64,000 nucleotides of DNA from Octopus vulgaris (lineage: Eukaryota), in contig OX597822.1 in the NCBI GenBank assembly GCA_951406725.2, positions 65,844,001-65,908,000 on the forward strand, given 5' to 3'. Below, piece by piece: positions 13,664-28,599 of this stretch. The notes under the pieces were generated by a model, which made no database searches, was not told the DNA's origin, and saw only the letters and a list, made by a program, of their open reading frames with translations. The stretch's first letter is position 1, and the number at the start of each line of letters is the position of its first letter. Both the position numbers and the translations under genes were made by a program.

Positions 13664-13893
13664 GCGGCGAGTTGGCAGAAACGTTAGCGCGCCTCGCGAA
13701 ATACTTACGGTGTTTCGTCTGCCGTTACGCTCTGAGTTCAAATTCCGCCGAGTTCGACTTTGCCTTTCATCCTTTCGGAGTCGATAAATAAAGTACCAGT
13801 TACGCACTGGGGTCAATATAATCGACTTAATCCCTTTGTCTGTCCTTGTTTTTCCCCTCTATGTTTAGCCCATTGTAGACAATAAAGAAATAT
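13664..13893 (+). mobile_element. tRNA-derived SINE family B (Deu/Nin-like central domain)
   Basis: gcggcgagttggcagaa A box, gagttcaaattcc B box, central gactttgcctttcatcctttcggagtcgataaataaagtacc. Confidence 0.85.
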
Positions 13894-13895
13894 GT

Positions 13896-13942
<47 letters not shown>

Positions 13943-13967
13943 TCATACAAACACAAAGAATCACACT

Positions 13968-14007
<40 letters not shown>

Positions 14008-14416
14008 CAGATTCTGCGATTAATAATTAGGAATCATGTAGGTACAATGAGATGTATGTTATTTCATCAGTGTTTCGTTTCAACAGTTTATAATGGAAAT
14101 TCATCTGAATAAATTGAATAAATCGATATATTATTTTGGCAGCAAACCAGAATTGTGTTTGATTAGAGTCAAGTGAATTGAGCTGAACGTTTTGAAGATG
14201 TTTAATATACAGACATAAGTAGCAGAGATAATCTCATTATGAATATCAAGGTCAAATTTTTTTAGAAAGGGAAGAAAATAGCATTTTTCAAGACATGAAA
14301 TCCAGCGCTGTTTAAAGTCTCCTAGTTTACTAACTTAGTGATATACTACGAATCATATAACGATGTAATTATATACCTTAGTGATGTATATATGTATATA
14401 TGATTGCATATATATA

Positions 14417-14766
14417 TTCCTTTATTCTTTTATTCTTTTACGTGTTTCAGTAATTTGACTGCGGCCATGCTGGAGCATCGCTTCGAAGGTTTTAAGTTTT
14501 GCAAATCGACCTCAGAACTTAGTCTTTAAGCCTTTTACTTATTCTTATCGGTCTGTTGCCGAATCACTAGATTACGAGAACGTACACACGCCAACATCGA
14601 TTATCAAGCGGTGATGGGGTAGACAGACAGACAGACACACAAAGATATATACATATATATAGAACAGGCTTCTTTCAGTTTCTCTCTACCAAATTCACTC
14701 ACAAGTCTTTGGTCGGCCTGACGTGCCCAAGGTGTCACGCAGTGGCAATGAACCTGAGACCATGTG
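14417..14766 (-). mobile_element. SINE family A, diverged
   Basis: Tail and body homologous to 12353-12760. Confidence 0.8.
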
Positions 14767-14970
14767 AGTCAGATAGATATTTGGCATCACTTAATATTTT
14801 GTAGCATATATAGCATTTCAAAAACAAAATTTCCATTTGAAGAGGTAGCGAGTTGATGGTGTCAGATTACATATGAATTTACGTTACCAGTACCGTTGGC
14901 AGTGATTGTAGGCTGCAAATTCTTTTAGCAGTCGGTATTATATATCCTGCCAATTAGGTGTCGACTATAT

Positions 14971-15528
14971 ATATTATATAAAATCCGTTCTGTCTGTCTC
15001 TGTGTGTGTCTTGTAGGATCTCGGGCATCGTCCATCCGATTGCGCTCAAATTTGATATGTAGATACCGATGGTATCAGGGCGTGTATAAATCTTGCAAAA
15101 ATTACATAAATTGATTCCAGGTGAGAGTGCGATCGATAAAGCCGTGGGAACGTGCATTTGTACGCGCAAGTACATCAGATGTTGCGATTGATACTATGCG
15201 TACGCGAGAAAAGTACACGTGCAGTTTGCGAAAAAAAAAAAAGGCTGCTGCCTTGAAATAATGCCACAAAATGCAGTATATTTAAGAGACCAAAAATTTA
15301 AGATGCAAAGAGATATTTTCTTCAAACATAGCATGAAGGAAGGAAAGACTATTTGGTTTCTCAAGAACCTTTTTTTTTTTTTTGCCTTAACTTCGTTTAA
15401 CAAAACCAAAAATTTTATTGAAATAAAGGCATGTTTAATTATTTTTTAATGAAAAGAAAATACTGATTGCATTTTATTCAGCAGATATGATTCAACACCG
15501 TCCATTGGACGGAGGGCGTTTTACTCCG
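14971..15528 (+). mobile_element. probable non-autonomous Helitron
   Basis: 5' tatataaaatccgttctgtctgtc; subterminal hairpin ccgtcc-att-ggacgg near 15497-15511. The CTAG end is degenerate. Confidence 0.5.
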
Positions 15529-15544
15529 TATACACACACACACC

Positions 15545-15595
<51 letters not shown>

Positions 15596-15607
15596 TTATT
15601 TATTTAT

Positions 15608-15861
15608 ACTCTTTACTCTTTAACTCTTTTACTTGTTTCAGTCATTTGACTGCGGTCATGCTGGAGCACCGCCTTTAGTCGAGCAAATCGACCCCAGGAC
15701 TTATTCTTTGTAAGCCTAGTACTAATTCTATCGGTCTCTTTTGTCGAACCGCTAAGTTACGGGGACGTAAACACACCAACATCGGTTGCCAAGCGATGTT
15801 GGGGAGACAACACACGCACATATATACACACGCACACACACACACACACATATATATATTT

Positions 15862-15894
<33 letters not shown>

Positions 15895-16056
15895 CGACAG
15901 GATTCTTTCAGTTTCCCTCTACCAAATCCACTCACAAGAATTTGGTCGGCCCGAGGCTATAGTAGAAGACATTTGCCCAACGTGCCACGTAGTGGGACTG
16001 AACCCGGAAGCATGTGATTGGTAAGCAAGCTACTTATTACACTGCCACTCCTACGC
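15608..16056 (-). mobile_element. SINE family A, full length
   Basis: Homologous to the other family A copies. Confidence 0.9.
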
Positions 16057-17339
16057 ATAGTTACCAAACAGCTACTCCAATATATAAAATTAATCCAAAC
16101 AAGAAAACACAAAGAGGAAACACAACAACGCGATGACGTGGAACAAGTATAGTGTTATTGGACGCTCAGGAAAGGAAAGAAAGAAGGTGGATTTAACGTT
16201 TATACATACATACATTCATATAATTATTTGATGTAAACAGGATATATTGAACTCAAAATATGAGTATATGTATATTTCGTTGAAGCAACAGAGTGACCCA
16301 AGGTCCGAGCGTTTAGTGCATTGGTACTTATCAAATTAGTTACAGGTCGAAGAGTTGCGGGTTTATATAGTTAGTGCAAAGGGAAATGTAATTCTCACTA
16401 GCTTTATTAACCGACAACCTTTAAATAGATTGATCAGTACCAACGCACGAAACCCTCGGACCTTGAGACATTCTTTTTTGCTTCTGATACACACGCGCGC
16501 GTGCGCACATGTACACACTCGAACACAAACATACATATATACATCTATATAGAGAGAGTACAAAAGTGTAAGTTATCCTGGCGAGTACCGTATTATCTCT
16601 CAAACTGGTTTAAATGCTGACTATACATCACAATCTATTACATAGTACACAAGCTTAGAAAGTGATACTGGTACTGGTAATCGTTGAGTAATTTCTTGTT
16701 TCCCTTCAGAACTACAAATATTGAGTACTTCGGCTTAAACTACGGTCTTGTTCATATGTCGTAATCAGCTGGCTCACTAAATACAGATACAAAATAAAAC
16801 ACGTTTCATGCAAATAAGCATAACTATTATGCTTCAATTAATCTTATCCTCTCAAATAAGAGGTAGATATTATTCAAGTGGCTACGAAATCAGTTATCAA
16901 ATTTGAGGGAACGTATTTGGTTCAAAATGATAGACTTAAAATGTTCGATATAATTATGGGATCGACAGACTCAGCACAAGTAACTGACTTTATAGGGATA
17001 TACATTTTATTCTGCCCTATTAAGGAATATTTCACCCTGTTTAACTGCTATGAGGCGTTAAGCTGGGGAAACAATATGAAAACAGGGAGCATAATATGAA
17101 GAACACCATTAACTACCACGAACGGACAGTGGGAAGCGTTATAGATAGAAAATCTGTGCAATTGAAATATAATAGAGTACCTAGATCCAAAAAGCAGAGT
17201 AGAAATTTACATGAGTTTGTGCCAAATACAGTGCTAAGTGACTTACATAAGAATGGACCTATCAAGAGGTCCCACTCAGATAGTAACCAATATGTAAGCT
17301 CTTCCAATATTACAACACTCATAACTAAAAAATATAATA

Positions 17340-18230
17340 GCTAACAAACCCAATGGCGAAATAAAAATCAGGTAATGAGTTTACATACTTTTACAAAAAG
17401 TTTAAGTAGAAATAGATATACCAGAATAACATCTCTAGCAATAGCGAGTCCATTTGTTCTATTCAGCATAGGCGAAATACTTTCAAAAGTACAGTAAATA
17501 CTATAAAATATTTAATAAACATAGCTTTAGAATAACCATTTCTAATAGCAAAAATCTAACACACATTATAGAACCACACTACGCTAGTGGATTAAACAAT
17601 TTGTGGATTAAAGAATAACAAGGATAATAATTATAGATCAATAAATAACAACAATGTCAACATGAGCGAATAAACCATAAGTTACCCGACTAGGTGTGAG
17701 GATATGAACTATGGTTTGACAACCTGTAGAATGGAAGCTACCCGGAGAAACTTGCGCATTAGCCAGGAAGTGGAAGGTGTGAATCCTAGAAAGCGCAGTA
17801 TTAAGAATGTTGTCTATGTGGAAATGATAGACAGAATTTAGAAATTACCTCTAGTGATGCGGAAGTCGAAACTATTAATGGCAGTAGTAGAACTATCAAA
17901 TACGATTGTACAATGAACAGTGTTTGCCCGCTTAACTATAATTGCAGGTATAAAAATATTGTATACATATGTAAGGTTAATCCAGTAATTGGGGAGTGCT
18001 ATGATATCGGAGCTAGCTCACGTCATATTAAGCAAAGAATTCGTTTAGGATTAAGGACAAAATGAATACTACTAGCGTTAGTAAACTAATTTGAGCACTA
18101 GAAGATAGCATATGCGATTGTCAGGGAAATAATTAGTAAGCCAAACGTTATAGAAAAGGTGATGATAGATATGATATTTGTGTGAAAGAAATGTACCAAA
18201 TCTTCACTTCTGAATTTTCTCTTATAAACA
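17340..18230 (+). mobile_element. highly degenerate PLE (linker + GIY-YIG)
   Basis: Fragments YYKIFNKHSFRITISNSKNLTHII, KNIVYICKV..IGASSRHIKQR and RYRKGDDRYDICVKEMYQI parallel the PLEs at 3052-3460 and 40091-40404. Confidence 0.55.
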
Positions 18231-18319
18231 TACGGCAGAAACAAGGTCTAAGATGCCCACACGTGAGAAAATATACGTTTAAACAATTTAGATAAACACT
18301 ATCACCATCTACAGTAATT

Positions 18320-18398
18320 GTGCAGAACATAACGGCGAATGAAATGCCGCTAAGCATGTTTCTCGGCGTATTAAGAATTCTGCCAGGTCGCCGCCTTT
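18320..18398 (-). mobile_element. SINE family B head fragment
   Basis: Reverse complement reads ggcggcgacctggcagaattcttaatacgccg..gcttagcggcatttc. Confidence 0.65.
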
Positions 18399-18520
18399 AT
18401 AGAGCGTAATACAAATTAATGATTGACAAAAAGAAGTGGATTTACTTAATCACTGGCATTAGCTTTAGAAACTGTGTACTCGCAAGTATGTGTCTTCCAT
18501 TCTCACTCTTTCTGTATATG

Positions 18521-18698
<178 letters not shown>

Positions 18699-18797
18699 GC
18701 TCTCCAGTCGAGGACTACGTATGAACGTTCAGTTTTTGCCAAACGACCTACACAGATCATTTGTTTATAGTGATCAAGTGTTCGTGTTGCACAGTAG

Positions 18798-18848
<51 letters not shown>

Positions 18849-20043
18849 TCTCTCTTTCTCTCTCTCAAATCACTTTGCCTGAACAGGTTCACTGTGTACA
18901 ACGCGTCAGGTGATGAAGTGATCGCAAAGTGAATTGAGATGAAGTGTATTACGCACCACTCGTTCTGTGGAATTGAAATTACGGTCTAGCGATCGTTAGT
19001 GCAACACTCTATTCACTACGATATATAAATATTTATATGCAGTTATGTTTATATATATACATATGCAAACAAAATGAAGAAACTGGGAAGCCTGCATGCT
19101 CTCGCTTGACTTGCCGGAGACTGAAACCATAGGGCTCTAACAAATACTGTTAGCATCTCACAAAAGGACGAGCATGCTTACTAATGTAGTCTTAGGTACA
19201 ATCATCTGCATGATGTTTAACAGTATATCTGGCGCATTCAGCTCAGCTTTGAGCAACGGGATTATCTTAATAAATCGAAGCGAGTTAGCAAAACTAGTTA
19301 TGGATTTTTTATCCAACAGTGTGTGTTACAAACCAATAAATGTTAATGGAATGTTGTGATTGTCATTCATTTCCGATGATTTATAATTTACAATCAACTA
19401 AATTAATAAACCAAGAAATCTGCGACTATATATTCACTCGTTCTATTAGAATTAACATCCAATCTATCTCTCATATCTGTATATATTGTCTTTAAATATG
19501 GACAAAACACATTAGATGACGTAGTGGTTGTTACTCTTAAAATAGAGCCTGGTGACGGCTGGAATGTCTCCTTAATGAGATGTGATCTAGGCTAAACAAC
19601 AAGAGAGAAAGCGACGAAATTAACTTTCACCGGAAATTAAAACGCCCCGCTTGTCGGCGTTGTTTTCTAAACGGGAACTTATGGCTTAGAGTACAGATCC
19701 TGCACTTCTGCTCCCGGAAAGTTTATATTTTGTATTATCGATATAATGACGTCATTGAAGACGAAGAACGTTACTTTAGGGATCGGTTAAGGAACATATA
19801 TTCTCCGATAAATGTTCTATAAAATCCCGGATAATCTTCGTTACAAGTCATACACGCGCATACGTACGCACATATTCGCGTGCGCATACACGTGGTCCCG
19901 TGCGCAAACATAAAGTAACACAGATGTGTGTTTATGTGTAAACATGTGTGTGGGGGAGATGAGCTATTCATTGCAGTTCTCCCTCTCTCTCTTTCTACGT
20001 ATATACATCTATATCTATCTCTATATATGTGTGTGTGTGTATG

Positions 20044-20076
<33 letters not shown>

Positions 20077-20099
20077 ATATACTTATACATATGCATATG

Positions 20100-20143
<44 letters not shown>

Positions 20144-20244
20144 TAAATACACATACCCAGATAATATACATATATATATAGATTCATGTATGGACGCATA
20201 CCACATACATACATATATATATATGTATATGTATATGTATATGC

Positions 20245-20282
<38 letters not shown>

Positions 20283-20319
20283 GTGTGTATGAATATATAT
20301 GTATGTATATATGTGCGTA

Positions 20320-20355
<36 letters not shown>

Positions 20356-23228
20356 TGAATGTGTATGTTCGTGATTTGGCAGCGAGAGGTGCCATCCGTC
20401 ATAATCATCTCTCAGACATTCAACCACAATACCAATAACCAGAAGAATAATAGGAACAGCCAGACAAAAAAAACAAACAAACAAACAAACAAACAAAAAA
20501 AACACATAACTAAAATCACAGCAGCACTATCAGAACTATGCACCATCTTCAAGAACAGCAAATTTAACAGCAACAACAACAGCAACAACAACCGAGAATA
20601 AAGATGGCGGCGGCAGCGTCAATAATAACAATGACAACAGTAATATCGAAAATGCAAATAAACGCAGGAAAAACAACGACAGCAGTGTTGGAAGTATCTA
20701 ATGGAAAGTTACTTGATAATATTTCAAATATGAAACCTTCATTGGAATAGTTGAGGTATGAGATAGAGGGCAGCAGATATTCTAGACCCTTTCTTTCAGA
20801 CTTGAAATAAGCACCCCCATTACCATACCTTGACCCACGTTTCACTCTCCCCTACTTAGCCCTCTCTTTTACCCCCTTGTGTGTCAAGACTTGCATCGCT
20901 GTCGTTCTATTTATGTTGTTAAATGAGAAATTACTTGGCTACTCACACACACACACAAATCTGTGCAGACGTATACTGACGGGCGTAGAGATACACGTTT
21001 ACACGAACACACACACATATTCACACACTCTTTCTCTTCGTGGTTTTAAAAGTGATAGCCCGGGTGAGATAAAGAGAAAGAGAAAGAGAAAGAGAAAGAC
21101 AGGCAGGCAGGCAGGCAAGGAGAAGGAGTGTGTTATATATATGCAAACAAATGCTGAATAGAAATACAATTAGATGTATATATGGACAGAGTTACACACA
21201 TACATAATGTAAATACGCAAACCCATGCACTATTACGAATCTTCGTTTATACAGAGGCATACATACATCTTAGGTACACATGCTACGGGATGTGTTACAG
21301 TTACGGGGCAGCCAGGCTGACAAATGCACACATATACATGCTTTTACTGTAGTGCACGTATTTACAGAAAGAATGTCACTTTTTCGCCTAATAAATTGTC
21401 TCATTTAAATGAAACTTGAGCATCCCTGTACAAACAAATACACACACAAGACATTTTGCACGCATATACATACGCATGAACATACCCAAATGCTCAAAGG
21501 CAAACATACATACAAACTCATTTATTGATACACAAGTACAAACCTATACAGAAAACACACACGTATCTACACAAGCGAACACATGCAAACACATACACAC
21601 ATATATACATGCAGATACTTTCAAGCACTCGCATATACGGACGAAGAAGAGTGAAGGGCATCCATAGATTAATCTGATCGCTAGCTCCCAATGGCGGAAA
21701 TGTACAAAAGACAAATGACAAAACGACTGAGACGTGTGTCATTAAATACACACGATGTAATATTGACCCCCTTTTAAGTGCCTTTAACACGAATTGAAAT
21801 CAGTTTCAGAGTTAACCCTTTGTCATATGACTAGCAATTTGTAGTTAACACACAATTCCCCAAACGACCAAACAAAATTTTATACACTTGGGCAGTGTCC
21901 ATCTTTAGTGTACAAAGTCTGTTAGTAGAAACCAGTAAATACCAACTAAAATAAACACTCTGGCAGAGAAGCAGAAGGTTCACTGAGGTCATTCTGGTCA
22001 GTATTATCCATACCTCCCATTCATTTTCTCACTGACTCATTATTTCATTTTACCAGGGGTTGTTCCCACTGGTTGGAAGCATGCCAACTGGGATTCTTTA
22101 TCCCTGGGTAACTGATCATTTATTCAATTTCATTCACAATCTATTTGTCTTTCTTTCTCTATTACTTTTTCTGTCTACAAATGTACTTATCTATATGTAT
22201 ACCTATACACACGCACACACATTTATAAACCCCAACACATACATACATAATACATAAATACATACATACATGTGCATGTGTGTATGTATGTCCAGCCTCC
22301 TGACAGTTTCTGTGGACTTGACCTTTATGGACAACAAACTACAACCTGCTCCCAAGAGGAGAACCTTTTGTTAATTATAGACAATGGTCAAATTTCCCTC
22401 TGGCGTTGCCAGTGGGTGCCACAAGCTGCTAATTTGGAGAGAAACACATCACTAAATAGCAACAGAACACGTCAATGTTATGAATCCTAGTTTATCTACA
22501 ACACAAGTTGCAGTTGACAGGGCTTCCCTTAAATCTTCAACTTCTCTATCTCTTTTATACATACAATTTACTCATTGTTAGCTGAGTTAGAATGTTTTCC
22601 TTTAAGAAGGCAAGCGACACACAGAACACATTATATAAGGGATGTTTTAGAAGATGTGCCGTTCATGACTATGAAATGCACCGAAGAAAAATGTCTCTAT
22701 TTTATTTTCACTAATGCTTCCAGAATTTATTGCGGTACAATCATGATACTGAGGTCCATAACTTAATATATAACTATTTAATGACTGTATACTTTCAAAT
22801 TGCTTGACTACTTCACATATTGGTAAAGTTAGAGAGACATAAGTTCCTTGAGTACGGAACTAATACCTAGTTGAACATTTGTTTACAATAATATTTTACC
22901 GGGTATGAAACAAAGATGTACATAACAATTTTTTTAGGATTTCTGTGTGTTAAGTAATCAAAAAGATTTTAAGTAATTGTAGAGGTTATGATTTGAAATA
23001 TAATTTCTCGCTAGTAGAAAATGGATTCAACTAATCTTTTTTTTTTTTATTCCCAAGCTATTTATGATATGCCTAAAAGTCATATTGATAGTAAAAAACG
23101 GAAGTGCAGAGATGTATAAGAATATATAGAAGACAACCAAACCGACAAATTTATATCTAATTAGATACATAAACATACCCGTATAAAGCTACACACACAT
23201 CCAACTATATATGTATATACATATATAC

Positions 23229-23284
<56 letters not shown>

Positions 23285-23319
23285 TTGTATATATGTATGT
23301 TTATATATATATATATATG

Positions 23320-23359
<40 letters not shown>

Positions 23360-24650
23360 TATGTATGTATATTTGTAATACAAGCCAAAACATCCACAGT
23401 TACACATACTACATATATGTGTACACAGATACACACGCACACACACTCACAAACGTACACGCACACACACATACATACACATGCACACATACACGCACAC
23501 ATATACTTATGTTTCTATAGTCTGTATTGTTTATAGCCTTAAGCAAATACAAATAAGCAAAATGATAGTAAATTGCATACGTGTGTGTGAGTATGTGTGT
23601 GCGTGTGTGTGTCTGTGTCTGTCCGTTTTTACCACATCTACAGTGAATCACATTGGTGCATATATTCAGTCTGAAATTCTAGACTTCGAAATGTGCATCC
23701 ACATATTAAATAAACAGCCATATGGGACATATTCAAACATATATTTACACATCACAGAGCCATGTTAATACAGTAAATCACTCGCTATAACTTCCAATTA
23801 CACTTATACAAAAAGTATGACCAAAATATTATTTGTCATTTCAACATTAGGTCAGAAATTTGCAGAACGGTAAGATCGATTAAATCGCCTATAGTTATTG
23901 GTGTGTATTTATTTTTAACGAAGACCAAAAGTATAAAAGCCAGTGTCAAGCCTGTTTGGACATCGACCTTCGAAAGAAAATTAATAGCTCTAAATGTTTT
24001 CGGGTATATTTTCGAAGTCGTAATAATTCTGTTACAAAATAATGTCTCTCTGTAAGCAGAATGTTGAAAGGGAAACACACGTCGGTCTCTGATATTGCTC
24101 GTTCTCTTTACAACGAATATGTAGGGTGCAGATGTACCACAGGGAATGAAAAACGATATATATTATCTAAGTAGTTGTTAAAATTATGAATTAGTCAGAA
24201 AAATATCTGGAAGTACATATGACCTTTTGCTGTACATTTAAGAATAAAGAGAACATATCTATGACTCATTAGTTTTCACGGAGAGAAAAACGCTTCCAAA
24301 ATGGAGAATCACATAAGAGTTCAATGCAGGTTAATTTGTAGAGTGAAAGTGGCTAAACTATCAATTCTATGCATAGGAAGAGATACATTCACAAGATGTT
24401 AGCCGACCAGATTAGTGTTTCTCGCAGGGCTGTTAAAGAGCAGAACAAATGGCCATGTTTATAAAGAAACTAAGAATATTTTAAAGATTTAGGTTTGCCT
24501 AACACGAGTGTGAAGTAGGAGAATTACTTGGATGCAAACTCTTCATGCTGTGAAGGGTTAGCTATCTTCTTTATTTTTACGACCATAACCGAAGTGTGAC
24601 ATATGTAAATACTATTCAATTTTCTCGCTAATAAATATGGGTGGAAAATA

Positions 24651-24892
24651 TTTACTCTTTTACCCTTTTACTTGTTTCAGTCATTTGACTGTGGCCATGC
24701 AGAAGCACCGCCTTTAGTCGAGCAAATCAACCTCACAACTTATTCTTTGTAAGCCTAGTACTTGTTCTATCGGTTTCTTTTGCCGAACCGCTAAGTTACG
24801 GGGACGTAAACACACCAGCATCGGTTGTCAAGCGATGTTGGGAGACAAACACAGACACACAAACACAGACACACAAACACACACACACACAA

Positions 24893-24923
<31 letters not shown>

Positions 24924-25090
24924 CATACGACGAGCTTCTTTCAGTTTCCGTCTACAAAATACACCCACAAGGCTTTGGGCGGCCCGAGGTTATAGTAGAA
25001 GACACTTGCCCAAAGTTCCACACTGTGGGACTGAACCCGGAACCATGTGGTTGGTAAGCAAGCTACTTACCACACAGCCGCTCCTACGCC
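24651..25090 (-). mobile_element. SINE family A, full length
   Basis: Homologous to the other family A copies. Confidence 0.9.
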
Positions 25091-25632
25091 TATATTTCAT
25101 AATTTTTTTTTATGAGGAAGGGGAAGGAAACTTTAGTTTGTGAAGGACTGGATATATGTGAGGCAATAAGGAAGGCAATTTTCTAAGTTTGGTATGTGTT
25201 TTTAAACGGGAAGTCCTGATTATGAAGTTGGTTCCGTATCTACATTATCATGATGCACCCATTCTATGGTATCTGTCATTAAAAACACATTAATCTCAAC
25301 ATCTCAGTTTACTTAACAGTAAGTAGCTAGAACAGCGTTGACAGTTCAACATTTTATAAGGGACATTACAATAACCTGTATAAATTGTAACGTTCATTCA
25401 AATTCCTTCTGTATGTATTGCTGGCATGCGATTGGCCAAGATGTTCTGAGCACACAGAATATTCAATGGTTTAAGAAAAAAAAAACGTTTGTGATGAGTG
25501 AAATTCCCACTGGTGTTTCTCAAAGACATATTTACCCGTAAGGTGAAAGGCACTTGCATGAGCGCCCTTGTACAAAAACTGGAGTATACTGAGCACTTTC
25601 TGGAATAATATATATGTTAATATCTATATTTA

Positions 25633-25668
<36 letters not shown>

Positions 25669-27069
25669 TGTATGTATGTATGTATGTATGTATGTATGTA
25701 TGTATGTATGTATGTATGTATCTATATATGTATGTTTGTACGTATCTATCTATCCAACTTTATATGTGTATGTTTACATACAAATGTATGTTTGCATATA
25801 TATATAATTAGTGTACATTTAAACACAAAAAAAGCAACCTTTAACAGGCAGCCTTACACGGTAGAAGGAGCAGTCAAAAGGACCAAAACCACATTTAAGA
25901 GAAATTTCGAAGGGAATGAAAAATAAAAAAATTACCTTGTTTTTTTTTTTTTTGTTTTTTATTATGTTGTGTGTTCGTGTGTTTGTGTACGCGTGTATAT
26001 ATGTTAGTCTGACTGGGTCGCCTCTTTTGTGCTTAAATGTACACTAATTATATATGGAGAATGTTGTCTATTGACTTTTTATACATGCTAGGTCGCTGGT
26101 AGTGAAATTTCTAAAACAAATTGGCTACCCTGTATTTTACGTATATATATAATTATATATGTGCATGTATGTGTGTATGTATGTATGTGTGAGTGAGTGT
26201 ATGTGTCTGCTTGTGTGGATAGATATGTATATGGGCGCATATATCTGTCTTTGTGTGCGGTGCGTGTATACGTTTATGTACATGTCACAATAAAAAAACA
26301 AAGCTATTGTTAATCATATAAGAAAAACCAAACCTTTGGATTCCAGAAACTTAGGGACACATAGAGAAACAAACATGAATGCGAAGACAGAGTCGAGAAA
26401 GAAATAGAGAAATGGGCATTAGAAAGCAGGAGAGAAAGAATGGCAGTAACTTTTAGACAGCACGCCTTCTGATGTTATTATTTCAAAGAAATCGATGGCA
26501 ACGTCACTGGCCCTTTTGTAAAGGTTACACTTTCTAATTGAAATAGTGCAAGCTGCTTCGATTGTATAATTTCTGTGCTAATATCTGCACAATACATTCT
26601 ATTGAATTCCTGATTATTTCTTGAATGGAAAGAACTGAAATTGTTCCAAATTTTGAACTAAACTATTGCTCCCTTCGCTCAGCCAACACAATTCAATTTT
26701 ATTTCAAAACAATTTAAAGTACAAAAGGACAGTTTGGTTTCCATGATCTGTTCGCAATGCCTGTAGGGGTTTGCCGTTTAATAGAGCCTTTCAAGCATGT
26801 GATAGTAGTCATCTATTTATAGTTTGGTCGTAATAAAATGTCGGTTCTGAGAGGACGGAGATAAAAGAAGTTTTAACCTGTAATCCAATGGAGGATCGAA
26901 AGACTTGCAAAGGCTCACAACGAAGCTTTTACATACGCAACTGCAGAGTCAGACTAACGTACATACACGCGTGCACAAACATACAGACACACAAATATCA
27001 TACACACTCAACATTCCCTAAGGTTCGTGCACTTGTACTTAGTCGACCCTGCTTATTTGGGTCTCTGAA

Positions 27070-27126
<57 letters not shown>

Positions 27127-27148
27127 ACACACATATTTATACACTTAC

Positions 27149-27340
27149 AGAATCGTAAGCACGCCGGACAAAATGCTTAGCGGTATTTCGTCTGCCGTTA
27201 CGTTCTGAGTTCAAATTCCGCCGAGGTCGACTTTGCCTTTCATCCTTTCGTGGTCGATTAAATAAGTACCATTTACGCACTGGGGACGATGTAATCAACT
27301 TAATCCCTTTGTGTTTAGTCCCCTGTGGTCAATAAAGAAT
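27149..27340 (+). mobile_element. SINE family B, 5'-clipped
   Basis: Homologous to 13664-13893. Confidence 0.85.
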
Positions 27341-27444
27341 TATTTATATGTATACAAACACACGTACATATATATATATATATATATAAACGTATGTATG
27401 CATGTATGCTGGTATGTATGAATCTCTCTCTCTCTCTCTCTCTC

Positions 27445-27486
<42 letters not shown>

Positions 27487-27525
27487 CATATATATTATAT
27501 TTATATATATATATATATATATATA

Positions 27526-28164
27526 AATAACCTTAGTCGAGAGATTCCACGCTATTATCCTTCTCTTCTCCACTTTTGCCCGACCCCACCTTGAATACTG
27601 CTGTCCACTGTGGCCTCCTACACAAAACAAAATATTATGAGAATTGAAGCTCCCAAAGGTCAATCACAAAAAGATAGATGGCATGTCAGACCTTGACTAC
27701 TGGGGTAGACTAGAGAAGCTGAAATTGTATTCACTCAACGACGCCGTGAACGCTACATTATCTGCATGATGTGGAAAATATTCCATCAGCACTGTCCGAA
27801 TGATGTTGGCATCACCTTCAAAATACATCCAAGGCTTGGACCACGTGCCATCCGTCCACAACAAAAATCTAAATCGCATCACATAACGACAATACGGCAC
27901 AACTATTTCACCTCAATTGGACCGCCTTTCAACATTACACCAGGACACGTCAAAAGAAACTGACCACACAAAATTCAAGAAGTCTTTGGACAAATTCCTT
28001 CAAACAGTACCGGACAAACCACCCACACCCGGATATGTCTCCGCAAACAATAACTCTCTGCTCGAATGGGCCTTGGTGCCCAAATCCTGAACTGAAAGAC
28101 TTCGCCAGGTGGTGCTATTAAGTTAGACATGCGGGCCAATACTGGCCAAAATAGTTATTCTAAG

Positions 28165-28166
<2 letters not shown>
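27526..28166 (+). mobile_element. CR1-like LINE 3' fragment (ORF2 C-terminus + 3' UTR)
   Basis: EYCCPLW..DYWGRLEKLKLYSL..RRERYIICMMWKI..FKKSLDKFLQTVPDKP; frameshifted; (TA)n on both sides. Confidence 0.85.
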
Positions 28167-28194
<28 letters not shown>

Positions 28195-28196
<2 letters not shown>

Positions 28197-28288
28197 CTTT
28201 GATAGGCTTTTCGGCCAGTATAGGCCCAGGTTATATCTAAATTAATATCGCCACATGGTGAAGTCTTTTAATCATATATGGGGCACCA
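28195..28288 (-). mobile_element. 3' UTR stub of a related CR1-like LINE
   Basis: Reverse complement aligns with 28075-28166 (ggtgccc..aaagacttc.cca.gtgg..gggcc.atactggcc.aaa). Confidence 0.7.
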
Positions 28289-28599
28289 TAAACAGGGTGA
28301 ACGAGCGTAATATTCGCACAAATACAAACACAAACACGTGCATATGTACATATGCATGCGCGTGTGTATGTATACGTATGTAAATATATACTGAAAACAC
28401 AACTGTATTGTAATTTAATCTTCTCTGTTAAAGTTTTTTTCCTGCCAAGTCCTAATAGTTCGTTTGGAAAAGTAATGCTCCTGAATAGCAAAATCTGTGA
28501 GTTCTAATTCACTGCATGTATTGCTCTTTCTTTTCTATAATAGGCAGCCTTATCCACCATTTGACTATGAGGTCACTGGAGTTGTAGAACATCTAATTT

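Larger units (their letters stand above)
13104..14970. mobile_element. putative TIR element (about 150-bp inverted ends) with nested SINEs
   Basis: 13104-13250 is the diverged reverse complement of 14811-14970 (atatagtcgacacctaattggcaggatatata..gaaatgcta). Confidence 0.6.

Noticed and set aside
20604-20616. AAGATGGCGGC, YY1/start-codon-like motif
   Set aside because: Embedded in degenerate triplet repeats; short ORF and no promoter context.
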